Shown one piece after another: positions 31,097 to 41,209 of a stretch of DNA of 64,000 nucleotides. The stretch spans positions 2,432,001 to 2,496,000 of the forward strand of contig OY970173.1 in assembly GCA_963707635.1 (NCBI GenBank), given 5' to 3'. The notes beneath the pieces are model-generated. The model worked only from the letters and a program-made list of their open reading frames with translations, made no database searches and was not told the origin of the DNA. Source of the DNA: Candidatus Latescibacterota bacterium. GTDB lineage: Bacteria; Krumholzibacteriota; Krumholzibacteriia; WVZY01; JAKEHA01. The translations under genes were made by a program, and so were the position numbers. Every line of letters begins with the position of its first letter. Positions within the stretch are counted from its first letter, which is position 1.

Positions 31097-32652
31097 GCTT
31101 GCTCCTCGGTGCCGGCGCGAACACCGGCCACCAACCAGTCCAGATCCACCGCGCTCGCCTCCAGCACCGACAGCGACGCGAGCGAACGGGCCATGCGCGC
31201 GGCCGCGCGGCTCAGCGCGGCCGCGATCGACGCGCCGTCGGCGACGCGCGCCGCACCCAGCGCATACCCGCCCATCGACCAGGCGCCCTCTTCGCAGCGC
31301 CGGACCCACGGGCCGACCACGCCGGCGATGTCGGCTTCGCTTTCGGCGGGAATGACCGCCAGCGCGAGGTCGTGCCGGATGGTCCACAGCGACGCGTCGG
31401 CGAACGCTTCGCCGCGCGCCGGGTTCAGCGCCGGCGGACACGCCCACGCGCGCGCGATGTCGGCCCAGTCCTCGCCGTCCGGCTTTCCGAGCACGAGCAC
31501 GCTGGTCGAGCGTTTGGCGGCGCGCAGGCGCGCCATCGCCGTGGTGGCCGCGCGCGCGCGCGCCACCGACGTCGCGGTGCGCCGATCGGCGGGGACGACG
31601 AAGCTGACGGTGGTTCCCTCTCCCAGCCGGCTCTCCGCGCGCAGCCAGCCGTCGTGGGCCTCCACCAGCGCGCGCGAGATGTGCAGCCCGAGGTGGGCCC
31701 CGCCGCCTTCGCCGGTGTCGTGGTAGCGATCGAAGATGTGCGCGAGCGTGGCAGACGCCATCCCCAGCCCGCGGTCGACGACGTCCACGCGCAGGAGCCG
31801 GGGATCGCCGAGCAGGTCCCACGGGAGCAGGCGCATGTCGTCGTCCATCGCTTCGCGGCCGGCCACCCCGACCCGCACGGTGACGCGCTCGCCGTTGGGG
31901 GTGAAGCGGATCGCGTTCGCGAGCAGATTCACCAGCACCTGCTCGATCCGATCGCGATCCAGGCACGCGGTGTCGACCTCGGACGCCATCTCGCAATCGA
32001 TGCGCCGCTCCACGGCCGGGTTGAGCGCGACGAAGTCGTTGATCACGGCCTCCACGCAGGTGCGCACGTCGATCGGCTCGCGCTGGACGTGGAGCACGCC
32101 CGTCAGGTCGCGCGTGAGGTCGAGATAGCCGTCGACCATGCGCGCGAGCCGGAGCGTGGCGCGCTGGAGCGCGCTGACGAAGCGGCGTTGCGGGTCGGTG
32201 AGCGGCCCGGGTGCGCCGGAGGCCAGCAGGTCGAGCGCGTTGCGCATCGAGGTGAGCGGGTTGCGCAGCTCGTGCGCCACCGCGGCGACGGTCTCGTCGG
32301 TCCACAGTTCCCGCGCGAGGCGCTCCGCGGGAGCGTGAAAATGCAGAACCGAAAGCGTGCGCTCCCCCGGGCCCCGCACCGGCTCGACGTCCACCTGGAT
32401 CCCGGTCGGTCGTCCGGCGCGGTCCGGCACGGCGATGGCGCGCGCACGCACGCTGCGCTGCACGAACCCCCGGAAGACGCCGGTATCGAGGACCAGGCGG
32501 CCCATGACGGTCGTCATGCCCGCGTTCTCGGCGAGACCGAACAGCCGCACCGCCGCCGCGTTGGCGGCGTGGACATCGCCGGTCTCGTCGACCACGATCA
32601 GCGGGTCGCGCACCGCGTCGAACACCATGCTCTGAAGACGGGTTGTTTCCAT
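31093..32652 (-). CDS. PAS-domain sensor histidine kinase with C-terminal extension
   Basis: PAS (DPLIVVD..ANAAAVRLFG), H-box AHELRNPLT, N-box QVLVNLLANAIRF, DRGLG, IFDRY and LGLHIS..GEGT. Confidence 0.88.
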   Translation of the reverse strand: METTRLQSMVFDAVRDPLIVVDETGDVHAANAAAVRLFGLAENAGMTTVMGRLVLDTGVFRGFVQRSVRARAIAVPDRAGRPTGIQVDVEPVRGPGERTLSVLHFHAPAERLARELWTDETVAAVAHELRNPLTSMRNALDLLASGAPGPLTDPQRRFVSALQRATLRLARMVDGYLDLTRDLTGVLHVQREPIDVRTCVEAVINDFVALNPAVERRIDCEMASEVDTACLDRDRIEQVLVNLLANAIRFTPNGERVTVRVGVAGREAMDDDMRLLPWDLLGDPRLLRVDVVDRGLGMASATLAHIFDRYHDTGEGGGAHLGLHISRALVEAHDGWLRAESRLGEGTTVSFVVPADRRTATSVARARAATTAMARLRAAKRSTSVLVLGKPDGEDWADIARAWACPPALNPARGEAFADASLWTIRHDLALAVIPAESEADIAGVVGPWVRRCEEGAWSMGGYALGAARVADGASIAAALSRAAARMARSLASLSVLEASAVDLDWLVAGVRAGTEEQA

Positions 32653-32851
32653 GGAGCGAATGCCTCGCGCCAGCCGGCGTCGAGGCGGTTCACCCGGTGA
32701 GGGCAAGGGGGGTGCCAGAGTGGCGCTTTGAGCGCGCAATCGATGTTTTCATAGCTGTTTATGCGCCAGACTTCGGGTCAAGTCTTCAAGTGGGTGGCAG
32801 CCGAAGTGGAAGAATCCTGCCCATGCCGCCCGGCTTCCGGCCGGCGGCGGT

Positions 32852-34738
32852 TCACGATCGGTCGCGCCGATCGCGGGGGCGGCGGCGGCGGTCGCTGCGC
32901 GTGTTGCGCCGGTCCCGGTTGGCGGAGATCGGAAACGTAATGGCGAGAATCGTCTTCCAGGACGCCGACGACTTGACCGTGATCTCGCCGGCGTGCCGAT
33001 GCAGGATGTCCCCCGCCAGCGCCATCGTGTCGGCGGGTTCCTGGCCCTGTCCGCGGGGTGCGAACGGGAGGAAGAGACGCGACAACAGGGTGCCGTCCAC
33101 CTTGCCCGCCGTGTCCGCGAACAGCAGCACCGCCTTTTCCGCGGACGCCGTGCACTCGAAGAGAACGCGGTCCCCCTTGCCGACGTGCTCCGCCAGGACG
33201 CGCACCACGCCGTCGAGCGCGCCGCGCACGCTCGCGCGATGCATGAGGAGCGTGGGCCCGTCGTCGGGAATGCGGATCGTCACCTCGACGCCGGCGGCAC
33301 GGAGCTTCGTCGCCCACACCTCCACCGTTTCCTTCGTCAGCGTGAACACGTCGACCAGTTCCAGCTCCGTCGCCGCGACATCCGCTTCGAGACGATACGC
33401 TTCCGCTTCCGCCTCGACGCGGTCCATGATCTCGCGCACGCGCTCGACGCGCTTCTCGAACGCCGAGCGCGAGTCGACCGCCTGGCGGATCTCCTGCGCG
33501 CGGGTGATGAGCGCGTCGTACTGCTCGAGCGCTCGCGCGGCCGCGCGCGACGCCGCCTTCTCGCGGATCCAGTTCGACTGCGCCTCCTCCAGCATGCGCT
33601 CGGAGCGGCGGAGCCGGTCGGCCTTGTAGAGCGAATCGAGCCGTTCCGCCAGCATGCCCGCGCACAGCTCCAGGAAAAGCCGGTCGCGCGCGGTGAATTC
33701 GCGCGGGCCGGTGCCGGCGCCGTCGACCTCGGAATACACGGCGACCGCGCCCAGGCAGTCCCCCCCGGCCAGCAGTGGCAGCGCCACGAAGTGCTGGATC
33801 GCGCCCGCGGCGGCGTCGCTCAAGAGCGCGTGCCCGGAGTCTCCGCGCAGCGGGCGGGTCGAGCCCGCCACCCGGTCGAGAATCTCTTCGAAGGATTCGG
33901 TGATGGAGATGTCGGTGTCGCGATCGGTGTCGTCGACATCGTCGACCGACTTGACGTGGGTGGTCTTGTTGCGCACGAGGTCCTTGAGCAGCACCCCGGT
34001 GCCGCCGGCGGCGCGCGCCATCATCGACAGCATCGCCGATAGACTGTCGCCGAAGCGCCGCGAGTCTTCCGCCGACGCGAGCACGTCCTGGAGCTTGCGC
34101 AGCACCCGGAACTTCCGCGAGTTGTCGGTCGAGTCGAGCAGGCGTTCGATCGCGGTGGCCGCCTGCTGCGACATGCTGTACACGAGCGAGATGTCCTCGA
34201 GGCCGATCGACTCGCCGTCTTCGCCGTTGTCGGCGGCCAGGACCGCGCTGATCCGGCCGCGCACGCGCAACGGAACCGCGACATAGGCGGAGGTCTGAAA
34301 AAAGTCGAAGTAGGGGTCGCTCGCGAACTCGGTCAGGCGCCGGTCGGCCAGCGCGGGCATGCCGCTGTCGACGGCTTTCGCGATGCCGCAGCGCAACCAG
34401 TCCAGCGGGACGGTGAACGCGCGCGCCCGCAGCGTCAGGTCGTTGGTGTCGATCTGCTGGGTGGTGTCGACCACCCGGCGCGCCAGCGCCTCGAACGTGG
34501 CCGGCTCCGCGCCGGGCCCGTCGTCGGACGCGCGCTCGGCGGCGAGATGCCCGCGGACCGACCGGTTGCGCTCGTCGACCACGAAGAAGAACGCGCGCCG
34601 CACGCCGATGGTGCGCCACGCCGTGCAGAAGGCGAGCAGCACTTGCTGGATGCGGGCGACGTTGTCCGCGTCCGGAATGACCTGGATCATGCGGAGCAGC
34701 GAGGAGAGCTCCGCGACGGTGAGCTGGGTTTTTTCCAT
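32852..34738 (-). CDS. GAF-GAF protein with degenerate histidine-kinase-like C-terminus
   Basis: GAF strands VAVPLRVRGRISAVL and VALPLLAGGDCLGAV. The HATPase-like tail (LFLPF..HRHAGEITV) lacks H and G boxes. Confidence 0.75.
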   Translation of the reverse strand: MEKTQLTVAELSSLLRMIQVIPDADNVARIQQVLLAFCTAWRTIGVRRAFFFVVDERNRSVRGHLAAERASDDGPGAEPATFEALARRVVDTTQQIDTNDLTLRARAFTVPLDWLRCGIAKAVDSGMPALADRRLTEFASDPYFDFFQTSAYVAVPLRVRGRISAVLAADNGEDGESIGLEDISLVYSMSQQAATAIERLLDSTDNSRKFRVLRKLQDVLASAEDSRRFGDSLSAMLSMMARAAGGTGVLLKDLVRNKTTHVKSVDDVDDTDRDTDISITESFEEILDRVAGSTRPLRGDSGHALLSDAAAGAIQHFVALPLLAGGDCLGAVAVYSEVDGAGTGPREFTARDRLFLELCAGMLAERLDSLYKADRLRRSERMLEEAQSNWIREKAASRAAARALEQYDALITRAQEIRQAVDSRSAFEKRVERVREIMDRVEAEAEAYRLEADVAATELELVDVFTLTKETVEVWATKLRAAGVEVTIRIPDDGPTLLMHRASVRGALDGVVRVLAEHVGKGDRVLFECTASAEKAVLLFADTAGKVDGTLLSRLFLPFAPRGQGQEPADTMALAGDILHRHAGEITVKSSASWKTILAITFPISANRDRRNTRSDRRRRPRDRRDRS

Positions 34739-34805
34739 GGCAACGCGCGTGTCCGGGAGACGGGAACCGCCCCACGGATCGCAAGCTTCGTGCCACGGAA
34801 GCTGA

Positions 34806-35699
34806 TCAGGCGCGGACGCGGCCGCGGCGGTGGCGCTCGTAGAGCAGGTGGACGATTCCGTCCGAGAGACCCACCTGGGGCACGAAAATGGTGTCGATCC
34901 GGCCCCACTTCATCACGGAGAGGTAAACCTCGGCCGCGTACACGATCACGTCCGCGCGGTCCGGCCGCAACCCCAGCGTCACCACGCGCTCTTCCAGCGA
35001 GTGCGAACGGACCAGCCGGTGGATGTCGCGAACGGTTTCGAACGACAACGGCCGGCCCTGCTTGACGCGCGCCAGCTTGAAAATAGTGTTGATGTTGCCG
35101 CCGCTCCCGATGGCGGTCATGGGTCCGTATTCCTCGCGGTGCTGCTTGATCCATTTCTTCAGCCCGTCCATCGCGCGCTTCACCGGCCGGCCGCGGAGCA
35201 TTCGCACCGTGCCCACCGAGAAGGAACCGTCGCCCACGCGCTTGCCGCGCGCGATCAGCGACACCTCGGTGCTGCCGCCGCCCACGTCCACGTACAGGTA
35301 ATTCTTCTTCGGGTCCAGCCGGTGCTCGATGTGATTCGCGTAGACGACTTCCGCCTCGCGCGAGCCCTCGATGATCTCGATCGTGATCCCCGTCGCCTTG
35401 CGCACGCGTGCGACCACCTCGCGCGAGTTCCTCGCCTCGCGCATGGCGCTGGTCGCGTAGGCGGCAAAGTCCATGGCCGGGTATGCCGCGATGAGGTGCT
35501 TGAAGCCGACCATGGTCTCGACCAGGCGCCCGGCCATCGCGTCCGAGATCGCGCCGGCCCGGAATGCGTCGTCGCCCAGGCGCAACGGCATGCGCACCAG
35601 CACTTCCTTCTTGAAGAGGGGCTCGTCTCCCTCCTCGATCACCCGCGCCAAGAGGAGCCGAACCGCGTTGCTGCCGATGTCGATGGCGGCGAATTTCAC
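34806..35699 (-). CDS. ppx: Exopolyphosphatase, Ppx/GppA family (short form)
   Basis: AAIDIGSNAVRL, ATSAMREARN, DVGGGSTE and DRADVI. Confidence 0.93.
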   Translation of the reverse strand: MKFAAIDIGSNAVRLLLARVIEEGDEPLFKKEVLVRMPLRLGDDAFRAGAISDAMAGRLVETMVGFKHLIAAYPAMDFAAYATSAMREARNSREVVARVRKATGITIEIIEGSREAEVVYANHIEHRLDPKKNYLYVDVGGGSTEVSLIARGKRVGDGSFSVGTVRMLRGRPVKRAMDGLKKWIKQHREEYGPMTAIGSGGNINTIFKLARVKQGRPLSFETVRDIHRLVRSHSLEERVVTLGLRPDRADVIVYAAEVYLSVMKWGRIDTIFVPQVGLSDGIVHLLYERHRRGRVRA

Positions 35700-36478
35700 G
35701 ACTTCCTCCCCGCTGTCCGCCGGCGCCCGCCGCTGGGCGCGCGCGGTTTCCTGGCGGCGGCCGGACCGGCGCCGCGCGACGAACGCGCGCCCCGGACGCG
35801 CGAGGGCTCCACGAACGGCCGCACCGCAGCGGCGACCCGCGCCCCGGCGCGCGCCACCGCCTTGACCACCTCGCGGTTCTCCGCGATTCCCAGCTCGCGG
35901 AGCGCGGCGAACACCGCCGTGCGCACCCGCCGCGCCAGCGCGTCGAGCAATTCCTCCTCGACCCGCTTCTGGTCCGCCGCCGCGGGCGGGCGCTCGAACG
36001 CGGCCAGTTTGCCGCCGCCGCGGCGCACGCCGCGCCAGGCCTTCCTCGGCACGTCGATCACGACGATTCCAGCCTTCGGGATCACGTCGGCGAAACCCGG
36101 AACCAGGAAGGCGGCGAATTCGCTGAAGGACGGGTCGTGACCGAACAGCATCACGCTCGCGCAGGCGTCGTCGAATCCGTTGACGATGCGCTGAAAGTCG
36201 TCCGGCAGCAGTCCGCCGTAGAGCTCTTCGCGCACGACGATGCGGTTGTGGGCGCGGCCGAACCGGTCGGCGAAGGCGCGCGCCGTCTCGATCGCGCGGT
36301 CGGCCGGACTCGAAACCATGAGGTCGGGCGCGCCGGCGAGCGACGCCGCGCGATCCGCCATGATCGCCGCCTCCCGGCGGCCGCGCTTCTTCAGCCGGCG
36401 GTGGAAGTCCGACCCCTTGAACCCGGTATCGACCGCGGTCGCGTGCCGCACCAGCACGATTCTCTTCATCGGTCTCAC
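35696..36478 (-). CDS. sixA: SixA-like phosphohistidine phosphatase with C-terminal extension
   Basis: LVRHA, SSPADRAIETA, LY and FGHDP. Confidence 0.82.
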   Translation of the reverse strand: MRPMKRIVLVRHATAVDTGFKGSDFHRRLKKRGRREAAIMADRAASLAGAPDLMVSSPADRAIETARAFADRFGRAHNRIVVREELYGGLLPDDFQRIVNGFDDACASVMLFGHDPSFSEFAAFLVPGFADVIPKAGIVVIDVPRKAWRGVRRGGGKLAAFERPPAAADQKRVEEELLDALARRVRTAVFAALRELGIAENREVVKAVARAGARVAAAVRPFVEPSRVRGARSSRGAGPAAARKPRAPSGGRRRTAGRKS

Positions 36479-36482
36479 CCCT

Positions 36483-38026
36483 TCATTCGTTTGCGAGCAA
36501 ACCGTCGAACACGCGCCGCGACTTCCGGCCGTCGAGCAACGCCAGGCGGCGCTCGCAGCGCGAACGCAGCCGCACCAGGCGCGCGTCGAGCGCGCCGATG
36601 ATGGCGCCGACGGCGGCTGCCATCAGCGGCGAGTCCATCCCGGCGCCCGCGTCATCGCGCACCAGCGTCGACAGCTGGCGCACCTGCACCGCCGCGTCGT
36701 TGTACTCGCCGAGCGCGTTCTGCACCCGGGCGAGCGACGCGATCGCGTCGTCGACGCCCGGGCCGAGCACGCCGGCGAAGAACTCCAGCAGGTAGCGCAC
36801 CTTCTTGCACTCGATGCGCGCGCGGTGCAGCGCGGCATCGTCGAGCGCTCCCGTCCGCCGCGCGATTCGGCGCAGGCGCGCATAGCGCCGGCGCAGCAGC
36901 GCGCGTCCCGCGTCCGCGGAGCGGGATTCCGCCTCCACGCCGGCCTTCCTGCCGGCGGCGAGCCCGCGCACCTCGCGCTTCCAATCCCGCATCAGGCGCG
37001 CGTGCGAGGGGTGGTCCAGCACGTTCAGCAACGCCTCGCGCGCGTCCTCCCGTTCCCCTTCCACCCGCGCCGAGACCGGTTCGAATCCCCGGCGCAGCGA
37101 CGCCGGCAGCGCGTTCGCGTACTCGTCGTGGCGAGCGAGCTGGACGTCGAGGTCGCGAAGCCGCCCCGTCGCGGCCACCAGGCGCGCGAAACGCGCCCGG
37201 TACTCCCGGGCCACCTCGGGCGTAAACGCGCCGCGAAACTGCGACAGCCCGGTCCGCGTGCGCCGCAACGCCACCCGGTAGTCGTGGAGGAATTCCGGGT
37301 CAATATCGTCGCGCACCCCGGGTTCGTTGCGCCGCATCACCTCCAGCAGGTGGGTGAACACGGCGGCGGCCACGGCGCGCAGCGGCGCGTCCGGCGCGAG
37401 CGTCACGCGCGGCCGGCCGAAATACGGCGGCGAACTCACCGCGGCCACCGCGTACACGCGATCCACGAAACCGCGGCTCGAGCGCCGAAAACCGGCCGCC
37501 GCGAGTGCGTCCGCCGTGGAGCGCAGCGCGCGCCGCGCCCGTCCGGCGCCCGCGACCGGGACGACCGTCAGCGTGCGCACGGATCGCGTCGACCCGCGCC
37601 GCCGCACCCGCGCCGATTGCAGCCGAACCCTCGCCACCACCGCGCCCCGCCGGGACAGCTCCAGCTCCTGCTCCCGCACCGTCGCCCGCGCCACTTCGAG
37701 CAGCGCCCGCGCGCCGATCAATTCCGGCACGCGCGTCGCCAGGTCGCTCCCGGCAAAGTCCCGCGCCTTCGGGGGGCGTTTCCGCCGCGGCTCCGCGCGG
37801 ACCCCACCGCTTCGCCCGTGTTCCGGTCTTCGAGCACCAGCACGTTCGCGTGTGCCACCAGTGCGACGCCCGCCCGCTGCAACCGGCGGTCGAACGTGTC
37901 GAGGAACACCCAGCGCCCCGACCGCCCCGCGACCGACTCGACCGCGAATTCGCCCGCCAGCGCGCGCCGCACGTTCCGCGCGGTCGCGCCGCGCGGCACC
38001 GTGAAAAAGCGAGCGTCCTCACTCAT
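36483..38026 (-). CDS. CHAD-domain polyphosphate-binding protein (frameshift near 37800)
   Basis: The N-part (LDTFDRRL) from ATG 38026 and the C-part (DPEFLHDYRVALRRTR, RDLDV, LHRARIECKKVRYLLEFF, QNALGEYND) lie in different frames. Confidence 0.82.
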
Positions 38027-40085
38027 CCGAGGCCCGGTGCGCCGCGGCGCGCGCCAGCCACCGGTAGATGTCCACCTGCGCGCGGTGATTGCGTGTTCCC
38101 CGCCGGTACGAGTTGTCCTGCGCGGCACCCAGCACCCGCGCCTTGCTGGTGTCACGCAACTGCAGGTTGAAGTAGTAGCGCAGCTCTTCCTTGATCGCGG
38201 GGTCCAGGATCGGAACCGCCACCTCCACCCGGTAGTCGAGGTTGCGCGTCATCCAGTCCGCCGAGCTCAAATAGCAGCGTTCGTTGCCGTCGTTGCAGAA
38301 GAAGAACACGCGCGAGTGCTCGAGGTAGCGGTCGACGATGCTGATCGCCTCGATGTTGTCGCTCTCCCCGGGCACGCCCGGCACGAGCGAACACACCCCG
38401 CGCACGATGAGCCGCACCTTCACCCCCGCGCGCCCCGCTTCGCACAGGAGTTCGATCATCTCGAGGTCCACCAGCGCGTTCACCTTGGCGTCGATGTACG
38501 CCGCCTTGCCGTTGCGCGCGTTCTTGATCTCGCGCCGCACCAGCTTGCGCAGCTGGCCGCGCATGGCGAACGGCGACACCAGCAGTCGCTCGTACGACTG
38601 CGCGCGGTAGTTCGTCTCCAGGAACTCGAATACCTTCCTGACTTCATCCGTGACGCGGCGGTCGCGCGTGAGCAGGATATGGTCGGTGTACACGCGCGCG
38701 GTGACTTCGTTGAAGTTCCCCGTCCCCACCACGGCGTAGTCGACTTGCTTGCCCTCTTCCTTGCGCGTGATCAGGGCGAGTTTCGCGTGCACCTTGAGTC
38801 CGGGCACGCCGCCGATCAGGCGCGCCCCTTCGTCCTCCAGCTTGCGCGTCCACAGAATGTTCGCCTCCTCGTCGAAGCGCGCCTGCATCTCGAGCAGCAC
38901 GGTGACCTTCTTGCCGTTCCGGGTCGCGTTGATCAGCGCATTCACCACCCGCGAGTCGTTCGCCACGCGGTAGAGCGTCATGCTGATCGAGCGCACCTTC
39001 GGGTCGATCGCCGCCTCGCGCAGCAGATCGATGACGTGGTGGAAGGACTGATAGGGCATGTGCAGCAGCACGTCCTGCTTGCGGACCACGGCCAGCACGC
39101 TGCGCGAACCTTCCAGCGCCGGGTGGTGCAGCGCCGGCTGCGGCTCGTACTCGAACTTCGAGCCGCCGACGTTGGGAAACGACACGAAGTCGCGCGCGTT
39201 GTGGTAGCGGCCGCCGGGGATCGAATTGCCCAGCTTGCCCAGGTCCGCACGCTTCATGATGTAGTCCAGCATGTCCCGGGGGATGTCGCGGTCGTAGACG
39301 AACCGGACCGGCAGCCCCTCTTTGCGCTTCTTGATCGATTTCGAGATCTTCTCCATCAGGCTCATGGTGACGTCGTCGTCGATCTCGACCTCGGCATCGC
39401 GCGTGAGCTTGATTGTGTAGGCGTCCGCGCGCGTGATGTCGAATATGGAGAAGATGTCCTTGAGCCCCCAGCGGATGACGTCGTCGAGCATGATCACGTA
39501 GCGCTTCGCGCCGATCGGGGGCAGCACCAGGAAGCGGGTCAACAGTTCGGTCGACACTTCGATGAGCGCGTGGCGCGGCCGATCACCGCCGCGCCCGGTC
39601 AGCAGCACGGCGAGATAGACCGCGCCGTTCTTGAGGTAGGGAAATGTGCCGAGCGAGTCGAGGATCACCGGCACCAGCGTCGGGCGGACCACCTCTTCGA
39701 AATAGGTCTGGACGAATTCGCTGTGCGCCGGCGTGAGGTTGCGCTCGTCGATGATGAAGATGTTCTCTTTTTCCAGCGCCGCGCGCACCTCGGCGAAAAC
39801 GCTGTCGAAGCGGGCGCGCTGGGCGAGGACGGCCTCGTGGATCTGCTTCAGCACCTTGTGGGGGTTGCCGCCGTACACCACCCGGTTCGACGAGATGCCG
39901 GCGTCGACCATGCGTTGCAGCGTGGCGACGCGGACGCGGAAGAACTCCTCGAGGTTGGCGGAGAAGATGCCGACGAACTTGAGCCGTTCGATCAGCGGCA
40001 CCGACGGGTCGGCCGCCTCCTGGAGCACGCGGTCGTTGAACGAGAGCCAGCTGATCTCGCGGTTGATGAGGTTCGGCCTGGACAT
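38019..40085 (-). CDS. ppk1: Polyphosphate kinase 1
   Basis: NREISWLSFNDRVLQEA, NLEEFFRVRVA, ARFDEEANI, KVHAK, GTGNFNE and SSADWMTRNL. Confidence 0.97.
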   Translation of the reverse strand: MSRPNLINREISWLSFNDRVLQEAADPSVPLIERLKFVGIFSANLEEFFRVRVATLQRMVDAGISSNRVVYGGNPHKVLKQIHEAVLAQRARFDSVFAEVRAALEKENIFIIDERNLTPAHSEFVQTYFEEVVRPTLVPVILDSLGTFPYLKNGAVYLAVLLTGRGGDRPRHALIEVSTELLTRFLVLPPIGAKRYVIMLDDVIRWGLKDIFSIFDITRADAYTIKLTRDAEVEIDDDVTMSLMEKISKSIKKRKEGLPVRFVYDRDIPRDMLDYIMKRADLGKLGNSIPGGRYHNARDFVSFPNVGGSKFEYEPQPALHHPALEGSRSVLAVVRKQDVLLHMPYQSFHHVIDLLREAAIDPKVRSISMTLYRVANDSRVVNALINATRNGKKVTVLLEMQARFDEEANILWTRKLEDEGARLIGGVPGLKVHAKLALITRKEEGKQVDYAVVGTGNFNEVTARVYTDHILLTRDRRVTDEVRKVFEFLETNYRAQSYERLLVSPFAMRGQLRKLVRREIKNARNGKAAYIDAKVNALVDLEMIELLCEAGRAGVKVRLIVRGVCSLVPGVPGESDNIEAISIVDRYLEHSRVFFFCNDGNERCYLSSADWMTRNLDYRVEVAVPILDPAIKEELRYYFNLQLRDTSKARVLGAAQDNSYRRGTRNHRAQVDIYRWLARAAAHRASDE

Positions 40086-40192
40086 AGGATCGAACGGGCG
40101 TATCGAACGGGCGGGTGGGCGGGCGGACACGCTATGGCCGGCCCCCGTCTCGCGCGCCAGACGCGCCCACGGTTGCGACCGAACCGAGTTGG

Positions 40193-40221
40193 ACTCTACC
40201 CCAGAAGTGTCAGAGTGTCAA
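40193..40221 (-). promoter_or_regulatory. Probable sigma70 promoter for the ppk1 operon
   Basis: TTGACA-17-TAGAGT. Confidence 0.55.
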
Positions 40222-40231
40222 GCGGTTGTCT

Positions 40232-41209
40232 TCAGCGGGGGTATCCGCGCGGGTGCGCGAGGCGCCACTCCAGCGCCGACGCGATGATGGACTCCAGGGC
40301 ACTCGCGCGCGGCGTCCACCCGAGCACCTCCCGGGCGAGGCGCGAGGACGCGACCAGTGCCGGGGGGTCGCCGGGGCGCCGCGGGCCCACCTCCCGGCGG
40401 ACCGGTCGTCCCGTGACGCGCTCGGTCTCGTGAATGACTTCGAGCACGGTGAAGCCGGACTCGCTGCCGAGGTTCAAGGCCCCGCCGAATCCCCGCGCGA
40501 GCGCGTCGAGCGCACGCACGTGCGCGTCGGCCAGGTCGACGACGTGGACGTAGTCGCGCAGGCAGGTCCCGTCGCGGGTCGGGTAGTCGCCGCCGAACAC
40601 GGTGACGCTCGCGCGCGTCCCGAGAGCGGCGTCGAGGACGATCGGAATCAGGTGCGACTCGGGGCGGTGATCCTCGCCGAGCGTCCCGCTCGCCCCGCCC
40701 GCGTTGAAGTAGCGCAGCGCCACGTAGTCGAGCTTGCCCGCCGCGCGCGACGCCTCGAGCACGCGCTCGACCATCAGCTTCGAGCGGCCGTAGGGATTCT
40801 CCGGCTGGCAGGTGGCGGTTTCTTCGATGGGGAGCGCGGCCGGGGTCCCGTACACCGCCGCGGTCGACGAAAACACGAAGCGGCGCACGCCCGCGCGCCC
40901 CATCGCGCGCAGCACCTGCAGGGAACCCCCGACGTTGTTGTCGAAATACTCGAGCGGTCGCTGCACCGACTCGCCGACGACGCTGGAGGCGGCGAAATGC
41001 AGCACCGCGTCGACGGACGCGTCGATCGTGCCCGCGAGGGTCGCGTCGTCGCGCACGTCGCCTTCGACGAACCGGCACCCGGACGGGATCGCGTCCCGGT
41101 GTCCGGTGGAAAGGTTGTCGACGACGACGACCTCGTGGCCGTCCGCCACGAGCCGCTGCGCGACCACCGACCCCACGTATCCGGCGCCGCCGGTGACGCA
41201 CAGCTTCAC
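40232..41209 (-). CDS. galE: UDP-glucose 4-epimerase
   Basis: TGGAGYVGS, FSSTAAVYG, YGRSK, LRYFNAGG and RDYVHVVDLA. Confidence 0.95.
   Translation of the reverse strand: MKLCVTGGAGYVGSVVAQRLVADGHEVVVVDNLSTGHRDAIPSGCRFVEGDVRDDATLAGTIDASVDAVLHFAASSVVGESVQRPLEYFDNNVGGSLQVLRAMGRAGVRRFVFSSTAAVYGTPAALPIEETATCQPENPYGRSKLMVERVLEASRAAGKLDYVALRYFNAGGASGTLGEDHRPESHLIPIVLDAALGTRASVTVFGGDYPTRDGTCLRDYVHVVDLADAHVRALDALARGFGGALNLGSESGFTVLEVIHETERVTGRPVRREVGPRRPGDPPALVASSRLAREVLGWTPRASALESIIASALEWRLAHPRGYPR

Noticed and set aside
40206..40221. TGTCA direct repeat before ppk1 as a Pho box
   Set aside because: The period is 8 bp rather than the 11 bp of PhoB boxes, and one copy is simply the -35 element.
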